DNA from: an uncultured Candidatus Rokubacteria bacterium
GTDB taxonomy: Bacteria; Methylomirabilota; Methylomirabilia; Rokubacteriales; CSP1-6
DNA length: 64,000 bases
Reading direction: 5' to 3'
NCBI GenBank assembly: GCA_963771355.1
Contig: CAVYTA010000005.1
Span: 320,001-384,000, forward strand
Shown here: positions 39,654 to 49,029 of the stretch, in pieces
Layout of the letters: the number at the start of each line of letters is the position of its first letter
Numbering within the stretch: the stretch's first letter is position 1
Made by a program: the position numbers and the translations under genes
The notes under the pieces: model-generated
The model's input: the letters and a program-made list of their open reading frames with translations, nothing else
What the model was told of the DNA's origin: nothing
The model's database searches: none

Positions 39654-40852
39654 GCGTGGAGACCGCGGACGTCGTCATCGTCGGCGGCGGCGTCCACGGG
39701 TGTAGCCTCGCCTACGCGCTGGCCGCGCGCGGGGTGAAGCGGGTGATCCTGCTCGAGCAGGGTGCGCTGGCGCACGGCGCATCGGGGCGCTCGAGCGCGC
39801 TCGTCCGCATGCACTACACGAACGAATGGGACGCGCGCCTGGCGTGGGCGAGCTTTCCGGTGTTCCGCCACTGGGCGGAGCTCATGGGCGGTCCGCCCGT
39901 CTTCACCCATACCGGCTTCGTCAACGTCGTCGCGCCGGAGTACGCGGAGGCGCTCAGGAGGAATGTCGAGATGCTCCGCGGCCTCGGCATCAATACCAGC
40001 GTGCTCTCTCCCGCCGACCTCCGGGACCTCCAGCCCTTCGCGGCGGTGGACGACCTCGGGGCGGCCGCCTACGAGCCCGACTCGGGCTACGCGAGCCCCG
40101 TGGACGTGGTGGAAGGATTCGCGCGCCGCGCCCGTGAGCTCGGCGCGGCGGTGCGGCCGTGGACGGCGGTGACGGCGGTGCGGCGGTCGGGCCGTCGGGT
40201 CACCGGCGTGGAGACGGCGGCGGGGGCCATCGACGCGGGCGCGGTGGTGGTGGCGGCGGGAGCCTGGGCGCCGCGCCTCTGCCGCGAGCTCGGGGTGACG
40301 CTCCCCGCGCGACCCAAGGCTATCGACACGGTGGCGGTCACGCGGCCGCCCGCGCTCGCGCAGGGCCACATGGTCTTCATCGACAACGTCCAGGGCAGCT
40401 ACTTCCGTACCGAGGCGGGCGGCCTCACGCTGGTGGGAGTGCCGTGCCAGGAGTGGGACATCGATCCCGACACGGCCAGTACCGGGCTGCCGCCCCACGC
40501 GGCGGGGGAAGGCGCGCGCATCCTCACGCGGCGCATCCCCGCCATGGAGAGCGCCACCCTCGCGCGCGGCTATCGCGCCTTCGACGGCTACAGCGGTGAC
40601 CGCCACGCCATCCTGGGGCCGGTGGACGGCGTGGATGGCCTCTATCTCGCCACCGCCTTCAGCGGCTCCGGCTTCAAGATCGCGCCCGCGGTGGGCCAGT
40701 GCATGGCCGAGCTCATCACCGAGGGGCACGCCAAGACGGTGGACATCACGGCCTTCGGCCTCCGCCGCTTTGCCGAGGGCCGCTCGCCGCAGGGCCCGTA
40801 CCCCTACGCCCCGCGGCATGATCAGGTGGAGCCTGCGCGGGGAGCGCGGTGA
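39650..40852 (+). CDS. FAD-dependent oxidoreductase, DAO/sarcosine oxidase beta-like
   Basis: DVVIVGGGVHG, GASGRSSA, FSGSGFKIAPAVG. Confidence 0.9.
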   Translation: MSVETADVVIVGGGVHGCSLAYALAARGVKRVILLEQGALAHGASGRSSALVRMHYTNEWDARLAWASFPVFRHWAELMGGPPVFTHTGFVNVVAPEYAEALRRNVEMLRGLGINTSVLSPADLRDLQPFAAVDDLGAAAYEPDSGYASPVDVVEGFARRARELGAAVRPWTAVTAVRRSGRRVTGVETAAGAIDAGAVVVAAGAWAPRLCRELGVTLPARPKAIDTVAVTRPPALAQGHMVFIDNVQGSYFRTEAGGLTLVGVPCQEWDIDPDTASTGLPPHAAGEGARILTRRIPAMESATLARGYRAFDGYSGDRHAILGPVDGVDGLYLATAFSGSGFKIAPAVGQCMAELITEGHAKTVDITAFGLRRFAEGRSPQGPYPYAPRHDQVEPARGAR

Positions 40853-41121
40853 GCGACGCGGAGAAGCTGGACCGCATCGCGCGGCTGCTCGAGGAGATCC
40901 GCGACGGTCAGAAGGCCCAGCTCGAGCGGCAGGCGGACACCCTCGCCCTGCAGAAGGAGCAGTTCGAGCGGACGCACAAGCTGCAGGAGCGCGCGGAGGC
41001 GATCCAGGATCGGAGCGCCCGGCTCGTGGGCCGCGTGCAACGGTTCGTGCCGTTCGCGATGGCGGTGGTGGTGATCCTGATCGGATACGTGTCGTGGCTG
41101 CTGTTCCGATTCTATCGCTGA
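40849..41121 (+). CDS. Small coiled-coil membrane protein, hypothetical
   Basis: GTGA overlap; heptad-rich N-terminus; C-terminal TM. Confidence 0.65.
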   Translation: MSDAEKLDRIARLLEEIRDGQKAQLERQADTLALQKEQFERTHKLQERAEAIQDRSARLVGRVQRFVPFAMAVVVILIGYVSWLLFRFYR

Positions 41122-41143
41122 GAGCCCCGGGAGGAGCGACGGC

Positions 41144-42181
41144 ATGCAGTTCGCGATCCAGAATCTCCTGTCGTGGCGGGACTGGCAGAGCCATCCCGAG
41201 GTCTACGCCAACTCGCTGGAAGAGTGCCGGCTCGCCGACGAGCTGGGCTTCCATGCGGTGTGGCTGGCCGAGCATCACTTCTCGCCCTATGGCATCTGCC
41301 CGAACCTCGCCGTCTTCGGCGCCGCCGTCGCGCGGGAGACGAAGCGCGTGCGCATCGGCACCGCGGTGGTGATCGAGCCCTTCAGCCATCCGGTGCGCAT
41401 CGCCGAGGAGTTCGCCATGCTGGACATCCTCTCCGGCGGCCGGCTCGACTTCGGCATGGGGCGCGGCTATCAGCCGAAGGAGTTCATCGGGCTGGGGGTC
41501 TCCATGGAGCGGACGCGCGAGCGCTTCGACGAGGGTCTGGAAGTGATCCGGCGCGCGTGGACCCAGGAGAGCTGGACCTTCGAGGGCGAGTTCTACAAGT
41601 TCCGCGACCTCACCGTCCTGCCCCGGCCGGTGCAGAAGCCGCACCCGCCGCTCTGGACGGCGGCGGTATCGCCCGACACCTATGCCCTCGCCGGGCGCCG
41701 GGGCCTTCGCATCCTCACCTCGCCGTCGTTCACGCCCTTCGACATCCTGCGGCGCAACTACGACGCGTACCGGGCCGAGTACCGGACCACCCACGGCGGC
41801 GAGGGGGAGATCTGCCTCAACAAGATCATCCACGTGGCGGAGACGCGGCAGCAGGCGCGCGACAATCTACGCGAGCCCATCCGCTGGTTCTTCCAGACCC
41901 AGGCCGGGCTCATCGCCGATCCCTCCGGCGTGCCGCCCGACCAGTACAAGTTCTACCGGCGCGTGCGGGAGAACCTGCTCTCGCTGTCCGAGGAGCAGGC
42001 CCTCGACCAGGCGGCCATCGTGGGGGAGCCGGAGGAGGTCGCGGACAAGATCCGCCAGCACGCGGAGGCCCTGGGCATCACGTATTTCATGGGCGCCTTC
42101 TCGCGCGGCGGCCTTCCCCAGGAGGCGGTGCGGCGGTCGCTGCGCCTCTTCGGCGAGAAGGTCATGCCCCGCCTCGGCTGA
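41144..42181 (+). CDS. Luciferase-like flavin-dependent oxidoreductase
   Basis: WLAEHHF, HPVRIAEE, SGGRLDFGMGRGY, PRPVQKPHPPLW. Confidence 0.9.
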   Translation: MQFAIQNLLSWRDWQSHPEVYANSLEECRLADELGFHAVWLAEHHFSPYGICPNLAVFGAAVARETKRVRIGTAVVIEPFSHPVRIAEEFAMLDILSGGRLDFGMGRGYQPKEFIGLGVSMERTRERFDEGLEVIRRAWTQESWTFEGEFYKFRDLTVLPRPVQKPHPPLWTAAVSPDTYALAGRRGLRILTSPSFTPFDILRRNYDAYRAEYRTTHGGEGEICLNKIIHVAETRQQARDNLREPIRWFFQTQAGLIADPSGVPPDQYKFYRRVRENLLSLSEEQALDQAAIVGEPEEVADKIRQHAEALGITYFMGAFSRGGLPQEAVRRSLRLFGEKVMPRLG

Positions 42182-42187
42182 GAGATC

Positions 42188-42253
42188 GTGCGGCCCCGGA
42201 CCGCGGACGTCGTCGTCACCGGCGTGGACGCCATCGGCGCCTCCATCGCCTAG
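42188..42253 (+). pseudogene. 21-codon stub resembling the N-terminus of a DAO-family gene
   Basis: VRPRTADVVVTGVDAIGASIA-TAG; shares GACCGCGGACGTCGTC with 39661. Confidence 0.5.
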
Positions 42254-42273
42254 CCCCTCAAAGGAGAAGGCCC

Positions 42274-43329
42274 ATGCGCGGCATCACCTTCCTCGGCGAC
42301 CGTGAGCTCGAGATCCGTGACTTCCCCGACCCCAAGCCGGGGCCCGGTGAGGTCATCCTCCAGATGAAGGCCTCCGGCATGTGCGGGAGCGACCTGCACG
42401 CCTATCGCGCCTCGCGCAAGGGCGGGGGCATGGCCGCCTCGCTGGGACTGGGCGGCGACGCCGGGCCCGTCATCGCGGGGCATGAGCCCTGCGGGGTGGT
42501 GGCCGAGCGCGGCGCCGGCGTGACGGAGGCGGAGGCGCCCATCGGCCAGCGCGTGATGCAGCATCACTACAAGGGCTGCGGCCTGTGCAAGCACTGCCGC
42601 ACCGGCTGGTCCCAGCTCTGCGGCAAGGGCATCACGGTGTATGGCGTCACCGGCCACGGCGGCCATGCGCCCTACATGAAGGCACCCGCCTTCACGCTGG
42701 TGCCGCTGCCCGACGAGCTGTCCTTCGAGGAGGGCGCGGCGGTGTCCTGCGGCACCGGCACCGCCTACGGCGCGCTCCGCCGCATCGACATCTCCGGCGT
42801 CGACACTCTCGCCGTCTTCGGCCAGGGCCCGGTGGGCCTCAGTGTCACCATGCTGGGCGCGGCCATGGGCGCGCGCGTGATCGCGGTGGACATCGCGCCC
42901 GAGCGGCTCAAGCTCGCCCGCGACTTCGGCGCCGAGGCGGTGATCAACTCGAAGGAGACCGACCCCATCGCCGCGCTCAAGCAGCTCACCCATGGCGAGG
43001 GCGTGGACGCGGCCATGGACTGCACCGGCCACGCGGACGCGCGGGCCGCCGCGGTCCGCAGCACGCGCACCTGGGGCCGGGTGTGCTTCGTGGGCGAGGG
43101 CGGGCAGGTAACGCTCGACGTGAGCCCGGACATGTTGCGCCGCCAGCTCACCATCGTGGCCTCGTGGACGTTCAACACCGTGGGCCAGGCGGAGTGCGCG
43201 CGCTTCATCGCCGACCGCAAGGTGCCGCTCTCGCGGCTCCTCACCCACCGCTACGCGCTGGACCAGGCGACGGACGCCTACCGGCTCTTCGATACCCAGA
43301 CCACGGGGAAGGGCGTGTTCGTCTTCTGA
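42274..43329 (+). CDS. Zinc-dependent alcohol dehydrogenase (MDR)
   Basis: GMCGSD, GHEPCG, CGLCKHC...C, GQGPVG. Confidence 0.92.
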   Translation: MRGITFLGDRELEIRDFPDPKPGPGEVILQMKASGMCGSDLHAYRASRKGGGMAASLGLGGDAGPVIAGHEPCGVVAERGAGVTEAEAPIGQRVMQHHYKGCGLCKHCRTGWSQLCGKGITVYGVTGHGGHAPYMKAPAFTLVPLPDELSFEEGAAVSCGTGTAYGALRRIDISGVDTLAVFGQGPVGLSVTMLGAAMGARVIAVDIAPERLKLARDFGAEAVINSKETDPIAALKQLTHGEGVDAAMDCTGHADARAAAVRSTRTWGRVCFVGEGGQVTLDVSPDMLRRQLTIVASWTFNTVGQAECARFIADRKVPLSRLLTHRYALDQATDAYRLFDTQTTGKGVFVF

Positions 43330-44865
43330 GCGACGATCGGGCGACGATCCGCAGCGCGCTGGTCCGCTCCGCGGTACCCCAGAACCTGCTGGGGGCGGTG
43401 CTCACCTTCGTGTATTTCCGCTACGTGGACCCGTCCCGGAGGGGATCGGGACGCGGTCCGGGATGGATCGAGCTCACGTTTTCAGTGGTGGCCTTCGCGG
43501 TGCTGGCCGGCCTCGGGTACTGGATGGGCCGGCGCTGGACGCGGCGGCTCCAGCCAGCCGGGGACGGGGCGGCGGATCCTGGCGATCCGCCGGCGCGCGC
43601 TGCTGGTGCCCTTCCTCCTGGGCGGGATCACGCTTGTGGGCTGGGTGCTCGCGGGCGTCATCTGGGGCGTCGTGCTGCCGTGGCTGCTGGGCGGCCTGAG
43701 CTGGCCCCTCGCCCTGCGCACCATGTTCGGCACCACCGTGGTGGCCGGCACCGTGGCCGCGTTCTACGCCTTCCTCTCCGCCGAGCGGCGATGGCGCCTC
43801 ATCCTTCCCGCCTTCTTTCCGGAGGGTGGCCTTGCCCTCGTGCCCGGGGTGCCGCGCCTCCGCGTGCGCTCGCGGCTGCTCATCGTCTTCCTCCTGATCA
43901 GCGTCCTGCCCATGTCGGTGCTCGGGGTGGTGTCCTATACGCGCGCGCGGTTGCTCGTGGGCGCGGACGCGGGCGCGGCGGGCTCGCTCGCGACCGACGT
44001 GCTCGTTCTCATCGGCTTCGTGATGGCGGTGGGCATCGCCGCCGCCGTGGGGCTGGCGATCTCGGTGTCGCGGAGCGTGGCGGAGCCGCTGGGCGCCCTG
44101 GCCGGCGCCATGGCTCAAGTGGAGGAGGGGCGACTGGAGACCCGCTGTCCGGTGGTCTCCAACGACGAGATCGGCGAGGTGACCTAAGGCTTCAACCGGA
44201 TGGTCCAGGGGCTCCAGGAGCGCGAGCGCGTGACCGAGATCTTCGGCAAGTACGTCTCGCGAGAGGTGCGCGACGAGATCCTCGCCGGCCGCGTGGCCCT
44301 GGAGGGCCAGCAGCTGGAGGTGACCATCCTCTTCTGCGACCTCCGCGACTTCACGCCGTGGGTCGAGGCCGCCGACCCCCGTGAAGTCGTGCGCGATCTC
44401 AACGGCTACTTCGGCGAGATGGAGGCGGCCATTCGCGGTCAGCGCGGACTGGTGCTCCAGTACATCGGCGACGAGATCGAGGCGGTGTTCGGGGCGCCGG
44501 TGGCCCATGCCGATCATGCGGAGCAGGCGGTGCGGTCGGCGATGGACATGCGGGCGAGGCTGGCCGCGTGGAACCGGGACCGCGAGCGCGCGGGCAAGAC
44601 GCCCCTCCGCCACGGCATCGGCGTCCATACCGGGACGGTGCTGGCGGGGAGCATCGGCAGCCGCGAGCGCCTCTCCTATGCGCTGGTGGGCGATGCCGTC
44701 AACCTGGCCTCGCGCATCCAGGGCCTCACCAAGGAGCTGGGCGGCGACATCCTCGTGAGCGGCACCACCCACGCGCGGCTGGGCGGACGCATCCCGCTGA
44801 TCCGCGCGGCCGCCGCTCACGTGAAGGGGCGCGCCGCCGAGGTGGAGGTGTACCGGCTGGCCTGA
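43326..44865 (+). pseudogene. Membrane HAMP + class III nucleotidyl cyclase, interrupted (frameshift ~43575, in-frame TAA 44185-44187); start uncertain
   Basis: About 6 TMs; HAMP NDEIGEVT*GFNRMVQGL; FCDLRDFT, QYIGDEI, GDAVNLASRI. Confidence 0.78.
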
Positions 44866-44878
44866 GCGGGGGGCGCGC

Positions 44879-45127
44879 CTAGTGGAACAGTCCGAGCGCC
44901 CTCAGGATGACGATGAGCAGCACCGCGCCCACCACCGAGACGATCAGCCGCGCCGCCGCGCCGTAGGCGGCCATCCCGATGACGCCGGCCAGGAAGTGGC
45001 CGAGGGCGGAGCCGACGATGCCGACCACGATATTGGCGATGATCCCCATCTGCGCGTCGGTCTTCATGATGAGGCTGGCCAGCCAGCCGATGATGCCGCC
45101 GATGATGAGGGAGAGGAGCAAGCCCAT
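44879..45127 (-). CDS. GlsB/YeaQ/YmgE (transglycosylase-associated) membrane protein
   Basis: IIGGIIGWLASLIM, NIVVGIVGSALG; AGGAGG RBS. Confidence 0.88.
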   Translation of the reverse strand: MGLLLSLIIGGIIGWLASLIMKTDAQMGIIANIVVGIVGSALGHFLAGVIGMAAYGAAARLIVSVVGAVLLIVILRALGLFH

Positions 45128-45359
45128 GGTCGGTCCTCCTGAGTGTTTCGCCGCGCGGACAGTCCGTCAGGAGACTGACGTCCTCGGGGCGGTGGAAGAG
45201 GCCCTCTACCGCTAGCGCACACCGATGTGGTTGACCTGCAAGGGCGTTTTTCGCCGAGGGTCCCGGGCCGAGCCTGGCATCCCAGTTGCTCCTCCTCCCT
45301 GTGGCGCGGCCGTGTCCCGGATTCCCGGGCGTTGGAAGGCCCCGCTCGAGGAGGCTTAT

Positions 45360-46079
45360 ATGGACCGTGTGACCATTCGCCGCGCGCTGCGCGCGGCTCT
45401 CGATCTCAAGTATCTCACCGTGGCGACCGCGGTCACCATCGCGCTCGGCTGCGGTGGATTCGCGGCGGCGGCGCCGGCGGACGAGGCCATCGGCACGCCG
45501 GATCAGTACAATAGCGCGAAAGCGCGGACGCTGGCGAGCACGCACCATGCCCAGCTCGTCGGTCTCTACGAGAGCATCAGCACCTGCCTGCCGTGGGTGA
45601 ACGTGAATACCCGCGGCATCGGCTTCCGCAAGCCCAAGTGGGCCAAGGAGGACGAGCGCTATCTCACCACCTGGATCCTCATCGACCAGAAGGACGATGG
45701 GCGCTTCGGGGCCTTTCCGGTGGAGCGGCGCGCCTCCGCGATGTTCTCGCGCTACGGCGTGGATCTGCTCCGGCGCATGACCGCGCTCAAGGGCGTGGCC
45801 GGCGACGCGGGCCTCCAGGGCTACGGCGTGGTGCTGTCGTGGACCAAGCCCGGCTCCGACCAGAAGGTGAACGAGAGCCTGGTGTTCTGGGTGGACAAGG
45901 CCACCGCGCAGGGCTTCGTCACGCGGCGCGTGCCCGCGACGGAGCTGGTGAGCCGCGCCAAGCTCAACTACTTCGACGGCACCGAGGAGCACGGGCGCAT
46001 CGCGCTCGAGGTGTGGGAGGACAACTTCACCACCACCTTCAAGGTGAAGGACGCCGCGCCCAGCGCGCAGACCTGCTGA
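45360..46079 (+). CDS. Hypothetical exported protein
   Basis: GGAGG RBS; hydrophobic leader ending AAA; coding-like codon usage. Confidence 0.7.
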   Translation: MDRVTIRRALRAALDLKYLTVATAVTIALGCGGFAAAAPADEAIGTPDQYNSAKARTLASTHHAQLVGLYESISTCLPWVNVNTRGIGFRKPKWAKEDERYLTTWILIDQKDDGRFGAFPVERRASAMFSRYGVDLLRRMTALKGVAGDAGLQGYGVVLSWTKPGSDQKVNESLVFWVDKATAQGFVTRRVPATELVSRAKLNYFDGTEEHGRIALEVWEDNFTTTFKVKDAAPSAQTC

Positions 46080-46099
46080 CCTCCGCTCCGTAGCACCGG

Positions 46100-46139
46100 C
46101 CGGCGCCGCCGCGGGGAAGCGCTCCCGCGGCGGCGCCGG
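46100..46139. terminator. 16-bp perfect hairpin between convergent genes
   Basis: CCGGCGCCGCCGCGGG-N8-CCCGCGGCGGCGCCGG. Confidence 0.65.
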
Positions 46140-46166
46140 AACCAAGCTCTCCCCTCCGGGCCTGCC

Positions 46167-47309
46167 TTACCAGAGCTCGCGCGACGCCAGGCGAGCCCCC
46201 TCGGCCAGGCTGCCCAGCTTGGCCCACACGATGTCCGGATCCACCGCGGCCTGGCCCACCCAGGTGCCGAAGCCGCAGTCGGTGCCCGCCATGACGTTCT
46301 CGCGGCCCACCAGGCGCGCGTAGCGGGCGATCCGCTCCGCCACCAGGAGCGGGTGCTCGATGAAGTTCGTGGTGGAATCGATGACGCCCGGGATGATGGT
46401 CTTGCCGTCCGGCACCCGCACCGTCTCGAACACGCGCCACTCGTGCGCGTGCCGCGGGTTGGCGCCCTCGAAGGAGACGGCGGTGGCGCGGGCGGCCAGC
46501 ACCAGGTCGATGATGTCCGCCAGCGCCACGTCGAAGTGGTGCGGCCCCTCGTAGTTGCCCCAGCACACGTGCATGCGGATCTGCCCGGGGGGGACGTTGG
46601 CGAGGGCATGGTCCAGCGCCTCGATGTGGAGCCGGGCCATCTTGCGGAACTCCTCGATACCGAGGTCCGCGAACTGGATATGCCGGCCCATGCCGAGGTC
46701 GGGGCAGTCGATCTGCAGGACGAAGCCCGCGCGCGCCACCGTCTCGTACTCGTGCTTCATCGCCTCCGCGATGGCGAAGAGGTAGGCCTCGTGGCTGGGA
46801 TAGTGCTCGTTCTTGAAGAAGAGCGAGATCACCCCCGGAGAGGCGGCGGTGAGGAACGCCTCGCGCGCCCGGGCCCGCGCGGGCGCCGCCTGAAGATTGG
46901 CGACGTCGGTGCGGGCGGCCTCGGGATCGCGCAGCGCCACCGGCTCCGTGCAGGCGGGAGTCTTCCGGCGGGCCCGGCCCGGGTCCCCGAAGACGCGGCG
47001 GGCCATGCCGGGGAAGTCCACCAGGTCGCGGTACTGGAGGGGCTCGGACTTGCCCTTGAAGCCGTGGAGCCGGTCCTTCACGTAGGTCGCGTAGCTGGGC
47101 TTGCTGTACTCGCCGTCGTCCACCACATCGATGCCCGCCGCCACCTGCTTGCCCACCACCTCCGCCACCGCCGCCTCGATGCGTGCGGCGAGGGCGGCCG
47201 CATCCACCGGCACGCCCTCTTCCTTCGCGAACATGGTCTTGGTGAGGTCCTCGGGCCGGGGCAGGCTGCCGGTATGCGTGGTGAGGATGCGGTCGGTGCT
47301 GCGCTGCAC
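46167..47309 (-). CDS. Cobalamin-independent methionine synthase II family protein (catalytic half-MetE)
   Basis: RILTTHTGSLPRP, DGEY, MHVCWGN (HxC), GTDCGF. Confidence 0.9.
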   Translation of the reverse strand: MQRSTDRILTTHTGSLPRPEDLTKTMFAKEEGVPVDAAALAARIEAAVAEVVGKQVAAGIDVVDDGEYSKPSYATYVKDRLHGFKGKSEPLQYRDLVDFPGMARRVFGDPGRARRKTPACTEPVALRDPEAARTDVANLQAAPARARAREAFLTAASPGVISLFFKNEHYPSHEAYLFAIAEAMKHEYETVARAGFVLQIDCPDLGMGRHIQFADLGIEEFRKMARLHIEALDHALANVPPGQIRMHVCWGNYEGPHHFDVALADIIDLVLAARATAVSFEGANPRHAHEWRVFETVRVPDGKTIIPGVIDSTTNFIEHPLLVAERIARYARLVGRENVMAGTDCGFGTWVGQAAVDPDIVWAKLGSLAEGARLASRELW

Positions 47310-47317
47310 TGTCCCTC

Positions 47318-48475
47318 CTAGCGCTGGTTGGCGAGCACGAGGGTGCCCGCGGCCGAGAGCATCCCGCCCATGCCGTTGACCAGGGAGAGCTTGCAGTTCG
47401 GCACCTGGCGCGCGCCGCATTCGCCGCGGAGCTGGCGGGTGGACTCGATGATGGGGAAGATCCCGTACATCCCGGTATGCGTGTACGAGAGTCCCCCGCC
47501 GTTGGTATTGATGGGCAGGGTCCCGCCCGGCGTCGAGCGCCCCTCCTCGAAGAAGTGCACGCCCTCGCCGCGCTTGGCCAAGCCCAGCGACTCCAGCATG
47601 ATGGGGGGGCCCGAGGTGAAGGCGTCGTAGAGCATGACGTGGTCGAAGTCCTTCGGCGCCACCCCCGCCATGCCGAAGGCCTTCTCGCCCGACATCCGCG
47701 TGGCCTCGCTGTAGGTGAGGTCGCGCATCTGGGTGACCATCACGTGCTCGGTGGCCTCGCCGGCGCCGCGGACGTAGACGGGCGCTTTCGCGCAGTCCTT
47801 GGCGCGGTCCGCGCGGGTGAGGACCACCGCGCCGCCGGCGTCGGTGACGAGGCAGATATTGAGCAGGTTGAAGGGGTAGCAGACCGGGCGCGAGCTGAGC
47901 ACGTCGGCCACCGTGATGGGCTCCCGGTTGCGCGCCTTGGGATTGAGCGCCGCCCACTTCCGGGTGGATACCGCCACCTGCGCCCACTGCTCGAGCGTGG
48001 TGCCGTGCTCGTGCATGTGGCGCGTGGTGATCATGCCGAAGTAGGTGGGCGCGCCCGCGAAGCCGTAGGGGATCTCGAACTGACCGGAGAGGCTGGTGTC
48101 CCGGCTGCGGGTGACGCCCACCCCGGAGCGCCCCGACTCGCCGTGGGAGACCACCGCCACGTCGCAGAGACCGTGATGCAGCGCGGCCACCGCGTGACCG
48201 ACCATCATGATGAAGGAGCAGCCGCCCACGGTGGTCCCGTCCACGTAGCGGGGCGTGACCCCGAGGGCCTCGCCGAGCAGCGACGGGGAGTGCTGCCCGG
48301 CGGTGAAGATGCCGTCCACGTCCCGGACCTTGAGGCCGGCGTCCCGCACCGCGTTGGTGATGGCTTCCAGGTGCAGCGCGAGCTGGCTCTTGTTCGGGAG
48401 GATGCCGATCTCGTCGCTCTCGTCCACGCCGACGATGCAGGCCGAATTGGAAAGCTCCTTCATGGTCCCGCTCAT
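47318..48475 (-). CDS. Thiolase-superfamily protein (SCP-x/Ltp2-like)
   Basis: CLVTDAGGAVV, LYDAFT, PINTNGGGLSYTH, RQLRGECGARQV. Confidence 0.85.
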   Translation of the reverse strand: MSGTMKELSNSACIVGVDESDEIGILPNKSQLALHLEAITNAVRDAGLKVRDVDGIFTAGQHSPSLLGEALGVTPRYVDGTTVGGCSFIMMVGHAVAALHHGLCDVAVVSHGESGRSGVGVTRSRDTSLSGQFEIPYGFAGAPTYFGMITTRHMHEHGTTLEQWAQVAVSTRKWAALNPKARNREPITVADVLSSRPVCYPFNLLNICLVTDAGGAVVLTRADRAKDCAKAPVYVRGAGEATEHVMVTQMRDLTYSEATRMSGEKAFGMAGVAPKDFDHVMLYDAFTSGPPIMLESLGLAKRGEGVHFFEEGRSTPGGTLPINTNGGGLSYTHTGMYGIFPIIESTRQLRGECGARQVPNCKLSLVNGMGGMLSAAGTLVLANQR

Positions 48476-48918
48476 CGCGCCGCTCCCGCGCCGGCGGATC
48501 CCGCCGGCTTGAACAGGGGCACGGTGAACTCGTCGTTGAGCTTCTCGTAGACGACCTCCACCGGCATGTCGCAGCGGATGAGCTTGGGATCGGGGGCGAT
48601 CCCCACGAGGTTGGACAGGAGACGCGGCCCCTCTTCGAGCTCCACCATGGCGAGCACGTAGGGCGGCTTCACCTTGAACGCCTTGTTGAGCGGCTGGTAG
48701 GAGATCTCGAAGGAGAAGAGGCGGCCCCGGCCGCTGGACTGGACCCAGCCGATCCGGCGCGAGTGGCACTGCGGGCAGACGACGCGCGGGTAGAAGAAGC
48801 AGTGGCCGCAGTCCTGGCACTTCGGCAGCATGAGCTTCTGCTCGCGGAGGCCGTCCCAGTAGGGCTTGGCCTCCGGCGTGATGGGCTGGGGCAGGGGACG
48901 CTCGAGCTCGGGACTCAT
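48472..48918 (-). CDS. DUF35 Zn-ribbon/OB-fold protein
   Basis: PYWDG, CQDC...CPQC, VELEEGPRLLSN; ATGA overlap with the thiolase gene. Confidence 0.9.
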   Translation of the reverse strand: MSPELERPLPQPITPEAKPYWDGLREQKLMLPKCQDCGHCFFYPRVVCPQCHSRRIGWVQSSGRGRLFSFEISYQPLNKAFKVKPPYVLAMVELEEGPRLLSNLVGIAPDPKLIRCDMPVEVVYEKLNDEFTVPLFKPAGSAGAGAAR

Positions 48919-48966
48919 GGGTGAGGGCGGGCTCCTTTCGCGTGGAGACTGCGTGACGACCCGCCG

Positions 48967-48995
48967 AGAGTAGTCGCATGCGCCCGACTCGTCAA
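48967..48995 (-). promoter_or_regulatory. sigma70-type promoter
   Basis: Minus strand TTGACG-N17-TACTCT upstream of the DUF35 gene. Confidence 0.55.
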
Positions 48996-49029
48996 GGCGG
49001 GAACTTATGCTAACGTCGGGCGGTCGGCG

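Noticed and set aside
44185..44187. Stop-codon recoding
   Set aside because: The codon is TAA at a non-catalytic HAMP position, and TAA ends other genes here (e.g. CHAT, dppB).
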